A stretch of DNA of 64,000 nt from Macrostomum hystrix (lineage: Eukaryota > Animalia > Platyhelminthes), in NCBI GenBank assembly GCA_950097015.1, contig CATNEN010000011.1:5146001-5210000 (forward strand), written 5' to 3'. The translations under genes and the position numbers were made by a program. The notes beneath the pieces were generated by a model, which saw only the letters and a program-made list of their open reading frames with translations, did no database searches and had not been told where the DNA came from. Of this stretch, positions 23,116 through 35,478 are shown piece after piece. Each line of letters opens with the position of its first letter. Position 1 is the first letter of the stretch.

Positions 23116-25203
23116 TCATTGATATTGAGCAGCGTCAGCCGCCTCAGCAGTGCCAGTCGCCACTCCAATTCGCGGATGTTTCAGCCAGGCGTGTGGGATC
23201 GGTACTGGCAGCTGGCTGACAATACGAGATCCGCGACGTTTGTTTGAGTCTTTTTTCGATTGCATCGAGGGCTGGGCGAGGGGCGGCAGAATCAGCGGCA
23301 ACAGTTGGGATGGTGACGATTCTGATTGGTCCGGCAAGACTTCGGAAGTGAGCATGTACTTGCTTAAATCCTCCTCTACCAAATCATCGCTACTTGAACT
23401 ATTGCCGCTGCTTCGAATAGCCTCGATGTCACCCTTGTTACTCCTGTTGTACATCATTTCGTTCAATTTGTTACTCTCTTCGATGGTCGCGTCTTCTTCT
23501 GACGATTTTCCCTCACTGCCACCAGACTCCTCCGTGTTGGCTGCGTTGGTCATGACTGTCTTCATTGACTCCCTGGGGAACACCATCCGGTCCATGTAAT
23601 ATTTGTTAGTGGGATCGTCTCGACCTTCGCCTCGTTGTCGCTTGCCACCGATAATTGTGCCTACAGCCTTCAACTCTTCGCCTTTCTCCATAGTTACGTA
23701 TTTGGTGATGTTCTTATCGTTGCACATTAGCATTTGGGTGAGCACAGCTTGATCTTGCAGGTCATTCAGCGCCCGAATTTCTCGATCCAAGCGTTCCTCG
23801 GTGAAAAAGCTAGCTAGCTCGTGGCGCTGCTCTATGACAGTGATTCGGGCACATTCACGCACAAAGGCGAACACTTCGGGCTGAAAGCGGACTTTTTCAG
23901 CGTCATCCAGGCCAATAAAGTAGTCCTTGAACTCCAGGTCGCTGATGATATCAAAATAGTTTAGCCAGCCCGCGTCAGACAGCAGTTTGACAACAACGCG
24001 TATAACTACACCAAAAGTTTGCATTTTGGCCAGCCTGTAGCACTTGGCCAATAGACCCACCAGCAACGCTATGCAGCAGTCGGCATCGAATTCAAACAGC
24101 GCTTGTGGCCATTCTTCATTGATGGCTCGGCTTCGCTTCCGGTAAATAGGGATCGTCTCGAGCCGCTTGCGCCGCCCTGGACGCGCTTTGAACGGCATGG
24201 CCGGGTCGCCGATTAACTTGAAGATGCCCATGTTGATAAACTGAGCAGCAGAACGCACGAGGTTGGACGTGGACTTGAGCTTCTTGTCAGCGTAGAATGC
24301 GCAGCGAAGTAGCCGTCGAGGATAACTTTTGCAGTTGTTGATTATTCGCTCAGGATCTCGGAGTAGAGTCATACGGTTCGCTCGAGTGGGCTGGCACATG
24401 TAGTTGAAGCGGAAATGTTGAGTTGGACATTTGAGAACAGCTGAGCATAAGCTGGGAATGTCAAGGGAGCTGCGCTTATTAAACATCAGGTAAAAAGCGT
24501 ACTCCATGAAGTCGTCAAAGTTCAGGTAGGTTTCAACGAAGCGTTTTCGATATACTTGAACGAACGGCTCCATGGGAAACCAGTTTTCGTACTGAAGCAT
24601 TGTCCTCAGAATGTCGTAGGTCTCATTGAGCATGGCCAGGTTATGGTCGTACATGCACATTAGATCGCCAAATCGCTCGCTCATATGGCTGATAAACTGC
24701 GGCTGACGGGCCATGATGAGCTTTTTGTTTGTGTCGCGGTCGATACAACTCACTAAGATGGCCGCGGCTTTAGGCTTGCGCAGATAGATGGCAAGACCCA
24801 GGGGCGTCAAGTACATTACCGCGTGCCGGTTGAACAACGGATCTCGGTCCTCCGAATAGTATTCCGGCCTATCCAATACCTGGAAGTACTTTGATTTTGT
24901 GATGATAAACTCTTTCTTGCCTTCGATCACTGTCTGATTGGCTTGTATTGCTCGCTGGTCAGGCAGAAATCTTAGAAGACCTTTAGATTCTTTGCCAATC
25001 AGTGCGCGAGAAAGCTCTTTCTCGCTCTCAGACTTGATCACATTGACAAGCCATGTGGTTGTCGGATGATTGATATCAAAGAATCTAGGCACTTTGTAGT
25101 AGACGTTTTCTGACTTCTTCACATCTTTACCAAGCTTAAGGTTGGTGTACGCCTTCTGCCGGAAGAACATCGGATCCGGCACTCTTATGTTACCCCGCGT
25201 CAT
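23116..25203 (-). CDS. Uncharacterised intronless 695-aa protein (one ankyrin-like motif, basic cluster, acidic/Ser-rich tail)
   Basis: Long non-repetitive ORF with ATG start; TTTTTCTGTAG acceptor ~21 nt upstream of the ATG; LTPLGLAIYLRKPKAAAILV resembles one ANK unit; no family recognised. Confidence 0.8.
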   Translation of the reverse strand: MTRGNIRVPDPMFFRQKAYTNLKLGKDVKKSENVYYKVPRFFDINHPTTTWLVNVIKSESEKELSRALIGKESKGLLRFLPDQRAIQANQTVIEGKKEFIITKSKYFQVLDRPEYYSEDRDPLFNRHAVMYLTPLGLAIYLRKPKAAAILVSCIDRDTNKKLIMARQPQFISHMSERFGDLMCMYDHNLAMLNETYDILRTMLQYENWFPMEPFVQVYRKRFVETYLNFDDFMEYAFYLMFNKRSSLDIPSLCSAVLKCPTQHFRFNYMCQPTRANRMTLLRDPERIINNCKSYPRRLLRCAFYADKKLKSTSNLVRSAAQFINMGIFKLIGDPAMPFKARPGRRKRLETIPIYRKRSRAINEEWPQALFEFDADCCIALLVGLLAKCYRLAKMQTFGVVIRVVVKLLSDAGWLNYFDIISDLEFKDYFIGLDDAEKVRFQPEVFAFVRECARITVIEQRHELASFFTEERLDREIRALNDLQDQAVLTQMLMCNDKNITKYVTMEKGEELKAVGTIIGGKRQRGEGRDDPTNKYYMDRMVFPRESMKTVMTNAANTEESGGSEGKSSEEDATIEESNKLNEMMYNRSNKGDIEAIRSSGNSSSSDDLVEEDLSKYMLTSEVLPDQSESSPSQLLPLILPPLAQPSMQSKKDSNKRRGSRIVSQLPVPIPHAWLKHPRIGVATGTAEAADAAQYQ

Positions 25204-26270
25204 TTTTGCGCTTGAAGAATGAGGCTACAGAAAAATTTCCACCAACTTTTTTATGTTGGAGGTATATTTGATTTGGCCGGTCGCTGGCTCTTTTGCACCT
25301 TCAAGAATTCAATGATATGGCCGAAGCTTTAGGCTGATCGAATTAGGTGGCTTCACAAATCAAATCTGCGTTGAATTCTTAACTGTTGACAGTTCTTCAT
25401 TTGAGCCATAGACTATGAGTTTGACTCAAATGTGTTGTTTAGTTTTTAAAAGGAAAGATATTTAAGCTTTTGAGCAATATTCGCATCGTAATCGGTATGC
25501 TATGTCTTTTTGACCCAATGACAAATCACAGTACTTCTTATATATATATTGTACTTTTAAGATTTGACTTCATATTTCATACTTCACTAATAAGGACTTT
25601 CTAGGACTAAAAGTATACCTGCCTCTACTCTCCCTGCCTTGCCCCTTGAAATATTCCTTCTCAAGCTGTCTACATAAAAGATGCTCATATATTCCTTCTC
25701 AAGCTGTCTACATAAAAGATACTCATATATTCCTCCCGTTCGCGCTGATTATGACACTATCAGCAATTTGCCAGTGAATAAGTGCTATAATTTATGAAAT
25801 ATACATAATTTCATGAATTTTTTTTTATTTAACCCTGAGCCTGTGGAGCCAAAACGTCATGAACAAAACTCGTATGCAGGAGCCATAGCGAAAGCTAGTT
25901 GAGTCTTTATCATAAGCTACAGCAGCCGTAAAAAACTGGCCTAATGATGTGCTTTATCATTTTATTTTGTACACCATACATGCACGTAAAACTGCTTCAT
26001 ATAGTTTCGCTACCAGCGCTGTGGTCTGGATTCTGATCACTTAATCCTCTCAGACCATTATATTGTGTATCTCTTGTCGTCTGAATACAGCCTATCTCTT
26101 TACTAACTATAGCGTGCAAAAAAGTTTTTAAAAATAATTTTTCGACAAGGTACGTAGTGCTTAAGTGCCACCAGACTTATAGACTACATCATTTAATAAT
26201 TTCATAACTCATTTGTTATAACTACTAAAATCAGCAGGCTTTTAAAATAATCTACGACGTGCTTGATTAG

Positions 26271-26352
26271 CAAGGACCACTAGAAGAAGAAGGACGGGAC
26301 ACTTCGTTTCTTAGAAAATTTATTAAAGGACCACTTCTTCTAGTGGTCCTTG
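26271..26352. mobile_element. 82-bp element with perfect 19-bp terminal inverted repeats (mini-MITE-like)
   Basis: CAAGGACCACTAGAAGAAG (26271-26289) and CTTCTTCTAGTGGTCCTTG (26334-26352). Single copy here; no TSD seen. Confidence 0.45.
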
Positions 26353-26367
26353 GATAATAGATCCCAG

Positions 26368-26551
26368 TCACTTTGTCAACTGCAGTTTCGTCAAATGGTT
26401 GATGAAGTGACAAGAATTGCCTAGGCTAGAAATGTGTGGTTGACCAAGTGACCGAAGTTTGAGATGTCCCGATCGGTTAGTTGCCGAAGTGACCAAAAAC
26501 AGGGATTAGTCCAGTTGACAACAATTTCACGAAGTGCAGTTGACGAAGTGA
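26368..26551. mobile_element. ~185-bp MITE-like element with 17-bp TIRs and internal repeats
   Basis: TCACTTTGTCAACTGCA and TGCAGTTGACGAAGTGA are complementary at 16 of 17 positions; GTTGA(C/T)(G/C)AAGTG-like motifs recur inside. Confidence 0.5.
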
Positions 26552-26650
26552 ATAGCACCCATAATATATACGCGTATAAAGGTGTTTTTGTAATCATACA
26601 GTACAAGTGTAGAAAGCTTGAGCAAATATTAAAGTGCTCTGTTTAACACA

Positions 26651-26888
26651 GGTTGTAGCCAAGCCTAGTGGTTAGGGCGTCAGACTCATAACTTGAAGGC
26701 TGGGGGTTCAATTCCAGACTCTATTAGAAAAATATGTGTCTTTTAGCAGAACACTTAACTCTGCATTGCTTCAGTTCACCTAGCTGTTAAATGGATACCA
26801 GCATTAGCTAGGATAATTAAAGGTGGGTGTGGCATCCCCTGAGTCCATGGACTGAACAGTTGTAGGCCTACACAGCTTTCAGATGCCT
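26651..26888 (+). mobile_element. SINE family B, tRNA-Met-like head
   Basis: GGTTGTAGCC...TAGTGGTTAGGGCGTCAGACTCATAACTTGAAGGCTGGGGGTTCAATTCC, then the family B body with GTCCATGGACTG. Confidence 0.82.
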
Positions 26889-28734
26889 ACCTAATTGGGG
26901 GCAGGTGTAAGTAATTATTATGTTAACACAACTTAATAAGTAGGCCTACACTTTTAATTTTAACCATCCGTGGCAATGATTTTTATAGCTATACATGTTT
27001 GTCTAAGGCCCTACACATTTCAATTGACAAAGGAAAAATACTGGATTAGTGCATGTGTATCTTGTAGGCATAGACCTTATATTTTTACTTGAAAACTAGA
27101 GTTATTGGCCTTAGTAATGTTATTGACTAAACTTTAAAGCCTATTTCATTTAACTATAATTGGGTTTTTTACTCTAGGTCTATCTTTCTCTCTCTTGGTA
27201 GCCTATCACTTGGTACAAGCAGTTTATCCTTCTTAGACACTGGTCTCTTATTCTTGTGTCTTTGTTCTGTGTTTACTGTGGATCAGAGGGTCACAGCCTC
27301 AAATTACCAATTCAAGACTTTAATACTCTTCTTACTCAATTATATTTTATTTGCTTTCTACCACACTGGCATGTTGATATGTCTCTTGTTTATATATAAA
27401 CAATATTTAGTGCATTAAAACAAAGAGCATAGGTACAAATTTGAATTTCAAAAAAGAAAAATAAAAACATCTTTACTACATATAGGCATCTAAGTATATA
27501 TAATTATTGCACCCAGATCCAAAATAAGTTATGAGTCATAAAATGCACAATTTAATTATACATCCGAAAATATAAAAAGTTTCTTTTGTTTATTTTAAGT
27601 CGTAATTTAATAAATATTTAGAATCCTCATTTTGTTACTTTTTAAACACTTGTTAAGCTTAATAATGCCAAATATTGCATTTGCATGGTTGTATTTATAT
27701 CCCACCTTAGAAAAAAAACAGATAAGTATGGTTGTGTCCATTAAACTCAAATTTGCAAAAAATGTAAGTAAGCTGTACATTACAAATATCTAAACTTAAA
27801 TTCATTTATATTTATATCATTGCTCTGATGTAACATTGTCTATGGCCTAACTATACCAAACCCATTAGTGGTAGCATTTGAAGTTAGCAGAGCTTTAAGT
27901 AAATAATAAACTCTGTTTAATTCACATTCTGTGGTTAGAATGTCCGAGGTTGCGTTTAATGGTCTCAAGGCGAGCGTTGCAATCTGAGGACCATTGATTG
28001 TAGCCAAGGATATTCTAACCATAGACTATGATGACTTAAACGGCGTTTATCATATATGAAATTTGATTGCTTATTTTCGGGGGCATCCCAACTGATTGAT
28101 AGACAAATAGGTTTAGACCATTTGATTCCAACCATAGACAAAAAAAATAAATTTCTCACGAAGATACAGTCATGAAGCAGCCAGTCAGTCAGTGGTGGCA
28201 AAATGTAATAAGCCGAATTCAAAGTTCACTTCAATGTTCCATATAATGCTCCTTATTTCGGGGAGATTATATGATAGAATATCCTAGTTTTTGTCAAATA
28301 ATCTCACCAAAAATTACCATAGACAACACATACCCAGCTCAGAATAGTAATTTTTTTAACAATCAAATAAGCAATCATATTTTATCTTTCACACCAACTG
28401 TAAAGCTTCACCCCTGATTTCTCTTTCCATAATTTTCAAACATATTTGCAGGAATTTTTAGTACCTCAACAGCATGGTTCCTGTGCCCCTACTTCTGGCA
28501 TTTCCTGCGTTGCATCATCAAGCAGTACCCATGTAGTTCTATTTATATTTCTGACCTTTTTAATACAAGTTATCATTGTTACATCAGTTTTTGTTCCCAT
28601 GCAATTTGGAGTTACCAATATTCATGCCCATTAGCTTTTTAATAGTTTTTTATATGCATGGCAGTTAAATTTTCAATCTATGAGCTAAGGCAGCTTCCTA
28701 GTGCTAGATCAGAATATTGCTCAACAGGGATACC

Positions 28735-31478
28735 ATGTCACTTAACTACAATAGCAAACATTTTCATAAAAAATTGCAAAAAATTGCATTTTCAAATACA
28801 AAGTCTACGCGGCGTCTCGGCAACCTGCTGCTAGTCTGGTCAGGTGGTCTGGCCCTCGGCACTGTGGCTGCTGTTGTTAGCGGTAATGAGAAATTCTATC
28901 GCGAAGTTGTTATGCCAGCCACCCATCGGCTGCTTGAGCCGGAAACTGCTCACCGACTGGCCATATGGACTTTAGCTAGGATTCCTAGTTGGCTAACACC
29001 AAGGTGTGTGTGCGACCATTGACCACTTTAGTTGTGCCTTGTGCCATGATTATGTGGGCAGAATTACATTCTGTGCCCACTAGGTTTGTCTATGGTTCAT
29101 GTCTAGTAGCAACAAAGCTCTTTCTACGGATTCACAGACCTCAAATCCATAGACAAAACCATCAACCATAGACACTGGACCCGCAGCCAGCGAGAAGGCA
29201 ATTCTGCCCATTTCGCTGACTCCTGAGCACACTCGCACACAGGTTTTCTTTACAATTTGACATTATATCGTAATGGTCATATGCTCAAAAAATTTTACAA
29301 GGCCAGTGGAAACTTCCGTCAAATTGTCCACCGAAGCTTTTGGCCGCCAGTTCCCGCACCCGATCGGCTTGGCTGCCGGATTCGACAAAGACGCCGAAGC
29401 TGTGGACGGCCTGCTCAGATTTGGCTTCAGCTTTGTTGAGATTGGCAGCGTCACTCCGCAGCCGCAGTCTGGCAACGCTCGGCCTCGCGTGTTTCGCCTC
29501 ATAGAAGACTCGGCCATTATAAATCGATACGGATTTAACAGCTGCGGTCACGACCAGGCCTTTGAAAACCTGTCCAAATCTGAATGGATGACGTCATCAG
29601 CTGCCGGATCGAAAACTGGCTGGGTCGGAGTCAATTTGGGCGCCAATAAAACTAGTTTAAATCCCGTTGAGGATTACGCTAGCGGCGCTGCAAAGTTTGC
29701 TCCCATAGCAGACTATCTTGTGGTGAATGTTAGCAGCCCCAATACTGCTGGCCTGAGAGATTTGCAGAGAAGAAAACACTTGGAAGGCCTACTGGCTGCC
29801 GTCATTAAAGCGGCCAATGATTCAATGAGGAAGAATGGCAACAAACGGAGGCCACCTGTATTGCTGAAAGTGAGAAATGTCGTATGAAATTTTACTTCCC
29901 ACTTTATATGAACAAATTTCTTTGCTAAAATCGTAACAGGATCCGCAGCTAGAATCGAATCAGGATCAACAGCTAGAATCGTAGCAAGATTCACAGCTAA
30001 AATCGAATCGGGATCGACAGCTGGAATCGTAGCAGGATCCGCAGCTAGAATCGAAGTAGGATCGACAGCTGGAATTGTAGCAAGATCCGTAGCTAGAATC
30101 GTTGCAGGATCCACAGCGAGAACCGTAGCAGTATTTAGAATCGTAGCAGGATCCAAAGCGAGAACCGTAGCAGGATTCACAGCTGGAATCGTAGCAAGAT
30201 CCGTAGCTAGAACCATAACAGGATTCAGAATCGTAACAAGATTCAGAATCGAAGCAGGATCGACAGCTGGAATCGTTGCAGGATACGCAGCTAGAATCGT
30301 TGCAGGATCCACAGCGAGAACCGTAGCAGGATTTAGAATTGTAGCAGAATCCACAGAGAGAATCGAAGCAGGATCCGCAGCTAGAATCGTAGCCAGATCC
30401 GCAGCTAGAATCGTAGCCAAATCCGCAGCTAGAATCGTAGCAGGATCCGCAACTAGAATCGTAGCACGATATACAGCTAGAATCGTAGCAGAATCCGCAA
30501 ATAGAATCGTAGCAGGATTCACAGCTGGAATCGTTGCAGGATCCGCAGCTAGAACAAATGCAGGATTTAGAATTGTAGCAGAATCCACAGCAAGAATCGA
30601 AGCAGGATCCGCAGCTAGAATCGAAGCAGGATCCGCAGCTAGAATCGAAGCAGGATCCAAATCTAGAATTGTAGCAGAATCCGCAGCAAGAATCGAAGCA
30701 AGATCCGCAGCTAGAATCGTAGCCAGATCCGCAGCTAGAATCGAAGCAGGATCGAAATCTAGAATCGTAGCAAGATCCACAGCTAGAATCGAAGCAGGAT
30801 CCAAATCTAGAATCGGAGCAAGATCCGCAGCTAGAATCGTAGCCAGATCCGCAGCTAGAATCGAAGCAGGATCCAAATCTAGAATCGGAGCAAGATCCGC
30901 AGCTAGAATCGTAGCCAGATCCTCAGCTAGAATCGAAGCAGGATCCGCAGCTAGAATCGAAGCAGGATCCAAATCTAGAATCGGAGCAAGATCCGCAGCT
31001 AGAATCGGAGCAGCAGCCTAACTAAAAGCGCTAACAAAACTCGCAGATCTCGCCAGATTGTTCAGAAGAGGAATTGTCCGACATTTGCTCTGTCGCATTG
31101 GCCGGTGGCGTGGACGGCCTAATTGTGTCGAACACTACTGTTAGTAGGCCGGCCAGCATATTATCATCTTCGGCTAGCGAATCGGGCGGCCTCAGCGGTC
31201 GTCCGTTGGCTCCGCTTTCAACTAGAGCCATCGCAGCCGTGTACAAGTACACAGCTGGTCGCCTGCCAATCATTGGAGTTGGCGGCATTTCCAACGGTGC
31301 CGACGCCCTGGAGAAGCTGGAAGCCGGAGCCTCCCTACTTCAGGTGTACACCGTGCTGGCCTACGAGGGACCGCCTGTGCTGGCTAAGATCAATCGGCAA
31401 CTGGAGCAACTGCTCGTTGCCAAGGGTTACAATAGTGTCAAGGACGCAGTTGGTGCTGGGCATAGGAAATCAAAGTAA
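28735..31478 (+). CDS. DHODH: Dihydroorotate dehydrogenase (quinone), class 2, mitochondrial, 422 aa
   Basis: Exons 28735-29003, 29302-29869 and 31047-31478 (1269 nt, phases 2 and 0). N-terminal targeting/TM segment, PETAHRLA, AAGFDK, VEIGSVTP, INRYGFNS, NVSSPNT (catalytic Ser), LLK|ISPD, DGLIVSNTT, GGLSG, IIGVGGI. Confidence 0.97.
29171..29243 (-). mobile_element. SINE family A fragment in DHODH intron 1
   Basis: GACCCGCAGCCAGCGAGAAGGCAATTCTGCCCATTTCGCTGACTCCTGAGCACAC. Confidence 0.75.
29925..31020. repeat. Degenerate 24-nt minisatellite in DHODH intron 2
   Basis: AGCAGGATCCGCAGCTAGAATCGT-like units. Confidence 0.92.
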
Positions 31479-31740
31479 CTAAATCTGTGTCTAAACTCTG
31501 ATTTCGTAATCGTGAATGAACTTTGAAATTCTTATATTTTAGTCTTTTGTAGAATTATGCATTTTAATGATTATTTTTATAAGCAATAATATACTAGACA
31601 GACTACTAAAACAGCTTTCTCACGAATGTTATTTTGTAAGTGCAGTGTTATCTTTTGCAGAAGAAATATTGACTCCTGTTGTTACAACATTCTTTATTTT
31701 AATGAAAGAAATCGCTGCATGGGGCCTAGTGACATATATA

Positions 31741-33070
31741 GGAATCGTAGCTAGAATCGTAGCAGGATCTGCAGCTAGAATCGCAGCAAGGGTTGTAGAT
31801 AGCAAGGGCTGTAGATAATATCGCATCAATGAATGTAGATAGAATCGCAGCAAGGGATGTAGATAGAATCACACCAAGGGATGTAGATAGAATCGCACCA
31901 AGGGATGTAGATAGAATCGCAGCAAGGGATGTAGATAGAATCGCACCAAGGGATGTAGATGGAATCGCAGCAAGGGATGTAGATAGAATCGCACCAAGGG
32001 ATGTAGATAGAATCGCACCAAGGGATGTAGATAGAATCGCACCAAGGGATGTAGATAGAATCGCAGCAAGGGATGTAGATAGAATCGCAGCAAGGGATGT
32101 AGATAGAATCGCACCAAAGGATGTAGATAGAATCGCACCAAGGGATGTAGATAGAATCGCAGCAAGGGATGTAGATAGAATCGCACCAAAGGATGTAGAT
32201 AGAATCGCAGCAAGGGATGTAGATAGAATCGCAGCAAGGGATGTAGATAGAATCGCAGCAAGGGATGTAGATAGAATCGCACCAAGGGATGTAGATAGAA
32301 TCACACCAAGGGATGTAGATAGAATCACAGCAAGGGATGTAGATAGAATCGCAGCAAGGGATGTAGATAGAATCGCAGCAAGGGATGTAGATAGAATCGC
32401 AGCAAGGGATGTAGATAGAATCACACCAAGGGATGTAGATAGAATCACACCAAGGGATGTAGATAGAATCGCACCAAGGGATGTAGATAGAATCACACCA
32501 AGGGATGTAGATAGAATCGCACCAAGGGATGTAGATAGAATCGCAGCAAGGGATATAGATAGAATCGCACCAAGGGATGTAGATAGAATCGCAGCAAGGG
32601 ATGTAGATAGAATCGCAGCAAGGGATGTAGATAGAATCGCAGCAAGGGATGTAGATAGAATCACACCAAGGGATGTAGATAGAATCACACCAAGGGATGT
32701 AGATAGAATCGCAGCAAGGGATGTTGATAGAATCGCAGCAAGGGATGTAGATAGATTCGCAGCAAGGGATGTAGATAGAATCGCACCAAGGGATGTAGAT
32801 AGAATCACACCAAGGGATGTAGATAGAATCGCACCAAGGGATGTAGATAGAATCGCAGCAAGGGTTGTAGATAGAATCGCACCAAGGGATGTAGATAGAA
32901 TCGCACCAAGGGATGTGGATAGAATCGCACCAAGGGATGTAGATAGAATCGCACCAAGGGATGTAGATAGAATCACACCAAGGGATGTAGATAGAATCGC
33001 ACCAAAGGATGTAGATAGAATCGCACCAAGGGATGTAGATAGAATCGCAGCAAGGGTTGTAGATAGAATT
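31741..33070. repeat. Homogeneous 24-nt minisatellite downstream of DHODH
   Basis: GATGTAGATAGAATCGC(A/C)(G/C)CAAGG units, preceded at 31741-31790 by units of the intron-2 type. Confidence 0.95.
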
Positions 33071-34159
33071 CGTTGCTATGCAGACTGGAATCGCACCAGA
33101 AACAGCAGAATTAAGAACCATAGCAGTTGTCTATGTAGGCGAGCTCTTAACTACCTTTCCGCACTTTCTACACCCGAACTTGATACATATAAGATCTGGT
33201 GTGCAGTCTAGCTATTTAGGATTCACAATAGCAAATCTATTAAGTATTGTCTAATGCGCAAGACGACAAGTTATTGAAATGTAGAACACCAGGAATTATC
33301 TTTCTGTGGCTGATATATCTTAGCGCTTATGTAATGAAGGTATTTCTTGCGTGGTGTTAAAGGCGGGATGTACTTTTAAATGCTTCTTACATCTACCGAC
33401 GGACGTAACTTCTGTTGTAGTTGCTGCTGCTTGCCTGTCTTTTTGATGTCATTTTCACCCTTCTCATTGTGTGTTTGGTATCATTGTTCCCTCAACAACC
33501 GAGGTTTTGACTTTTCACCGGCATTCCACTCCATTCCTATCCGCAAGTCTTGAGAATCTCTCAACTATCACGAGGATCGCTCTTAACTCTTTAGAGTTTG
33601 TGGCATCATAGGATCGGTATTATAGATAGCCTTCTCACTTATAACAATCATCTAAGCCGACTGGCCTATAAAAGTGTAATAATTTATATTATTAATCTCT
33701 CTTATGGATGATATGATTTGGCCAGGCGGTAAATTAATGCGGTTGGCTATTCAAAATTTTCGAAAGTTTTCGAAGCTCATCTGTTGTAAGGCATGTGCAC
33801 ATTGCGATGGATTCGCAAACTTGAGCATAAACTTGAGCAGTTGGTTGGGCTCTGCTCTAGAGCTCTGGTTAAGAGGCTGGTTCTTGAAGAATTTCCCCTA
33901 TTTTTTGGCTTATTTCTCTGTGACCTCTAAATTAGGCGTTCACGGTTCACTAGACAGCTGGAGACCTCACCGGACCTTTAATTCTGGTTACTCTAAACTT
34001 TATTCTTTGTATTTTCCTTTCATCTTCTTCCGCCTGGATCGGGCTGATCAAGTCGCCCTTCTTATTTGACCTCACAATTCAAGCTGGCTGTCAAGGTCGC
34101 TGGAACTTTGTGAGCCACCGAATGTATTTGAAAATTTTCTTCATGAATTTGGGGATGAA

Positions 34160-35478
34160 GCTCCACCATGGATTTCAGGATGGAAGAGCCACCATGGATT
34201 TCAGGATGGAAGAGCCACCATGGATTTCAGGAAGGAAGAGCCACCATGGATTTCGGAGAGGAAGAGCCACCATGGATTTCGGAGAGGAAGAGCCACCATG
34301 GATTTCAGAAAGGAAGAGCCACCATGGATTTTAGAAAGGAAGAGCCACCATGGATTTCTGAAAGGAAGAGCCACCATGGATTTCTGAGAGGAAGAGCCAC
34401 CATGGATTTCGGAGAGGAAGAGCCACCATGGATTTCGGAGAGGAAGAGCCACCATGGATTTCAGGATGGAAGAGCCACCATGGATTTCAGGAAGGAAGAG
34501 CCACCATGGATTTCAGGATGGAAGAGCCACCATGGATTTCAGGATGGAAGAGCCACCATGGATTTCAGGAAGGAAGAGCCACCATGGATTTCAGGATGGA
34601 AGAGCCACCTTGGATTTCATGATGTAAGAGCCACCATGGATTTCAGAAAGGAAGAGCCACCATGGATTTCAGGATGGAAGAGCCACCATGGATTTCAGAA
34701 AGGAAGAGCCACCATGGATTTCAGAAAGGAAGAGCCACCATGGATTTCTGAAAGGAAGAGCCACCATGGATTTCAGGAAGGAAGAGCCACCATGGATTTC
34801 AGAAAGGAAGAGCCACCATGGATTTCTGAAAGGAAGAGCCACCATGGATTTCTGAAAGGAAGAGCCACCATGGATTTCTGAAAGGAAGAGCCACCATGGA
34901 TTTCAGGAAGGAAGAGCCACCATGGATTTCGGAGAGGAAGAGCCACCATGGATTTCTGAGAGGAAGAGCCACCATGGATTTCGGAAAGGAAGAGCCACAA
35001 TGGATTTCAGAAAGGAAGAGCCAACATGGATTTCTGAAAGGAAGAGCCACCATGGATTTCTGAAAGGAAGAGCCAACATGGATTTCTGAAAGGAAGAGCC
35101 ACCATGGATTTCTGAAAGGAAGAGCCACCATGGATTTCTGAAAGGAAGAGCCAACATGCATTTCTGAAAGGAAGAGCCACCATGGATTTCTGAAAGGAAG
35201 AGCCACCATGGATTTCTGAAAGGAAGAGCCACCATGGATTTCGGAAAGGAAGAGCCACCATGGATTTCTGAAAGGAAGAGCCAACATGGATTTCTGAAAG
35301 GAAGAGCCACCATGGATTTCAGAAAGGAAGAGCCACCATGGATTTCAGAAAGGAAGAGCCACCATAGATTTCGGAAAGGAAGAGCCACCATGGATTTCTG
35401 AAAGGAAGAGCCACCATGGATTTCTGAAAGTAAGAGCCACCATGGATTTCTGAAAGGAAGAGCCACCATGGATTTCGT
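34160..35478. repeat. 26-nt minisatellite
   Basis: GGAAGAGCCACCATGGATTTC(A/T)GAAA units, about 50 copies. Confidence 0.96.

Noticed and set aside
23150-23599. Antisense ORFs over real genes (also 43089-43751, 42997-43278, 54598-54987 and others)
   Set aside because: Shadow frames of GC-rich coding sequence with no independent features.
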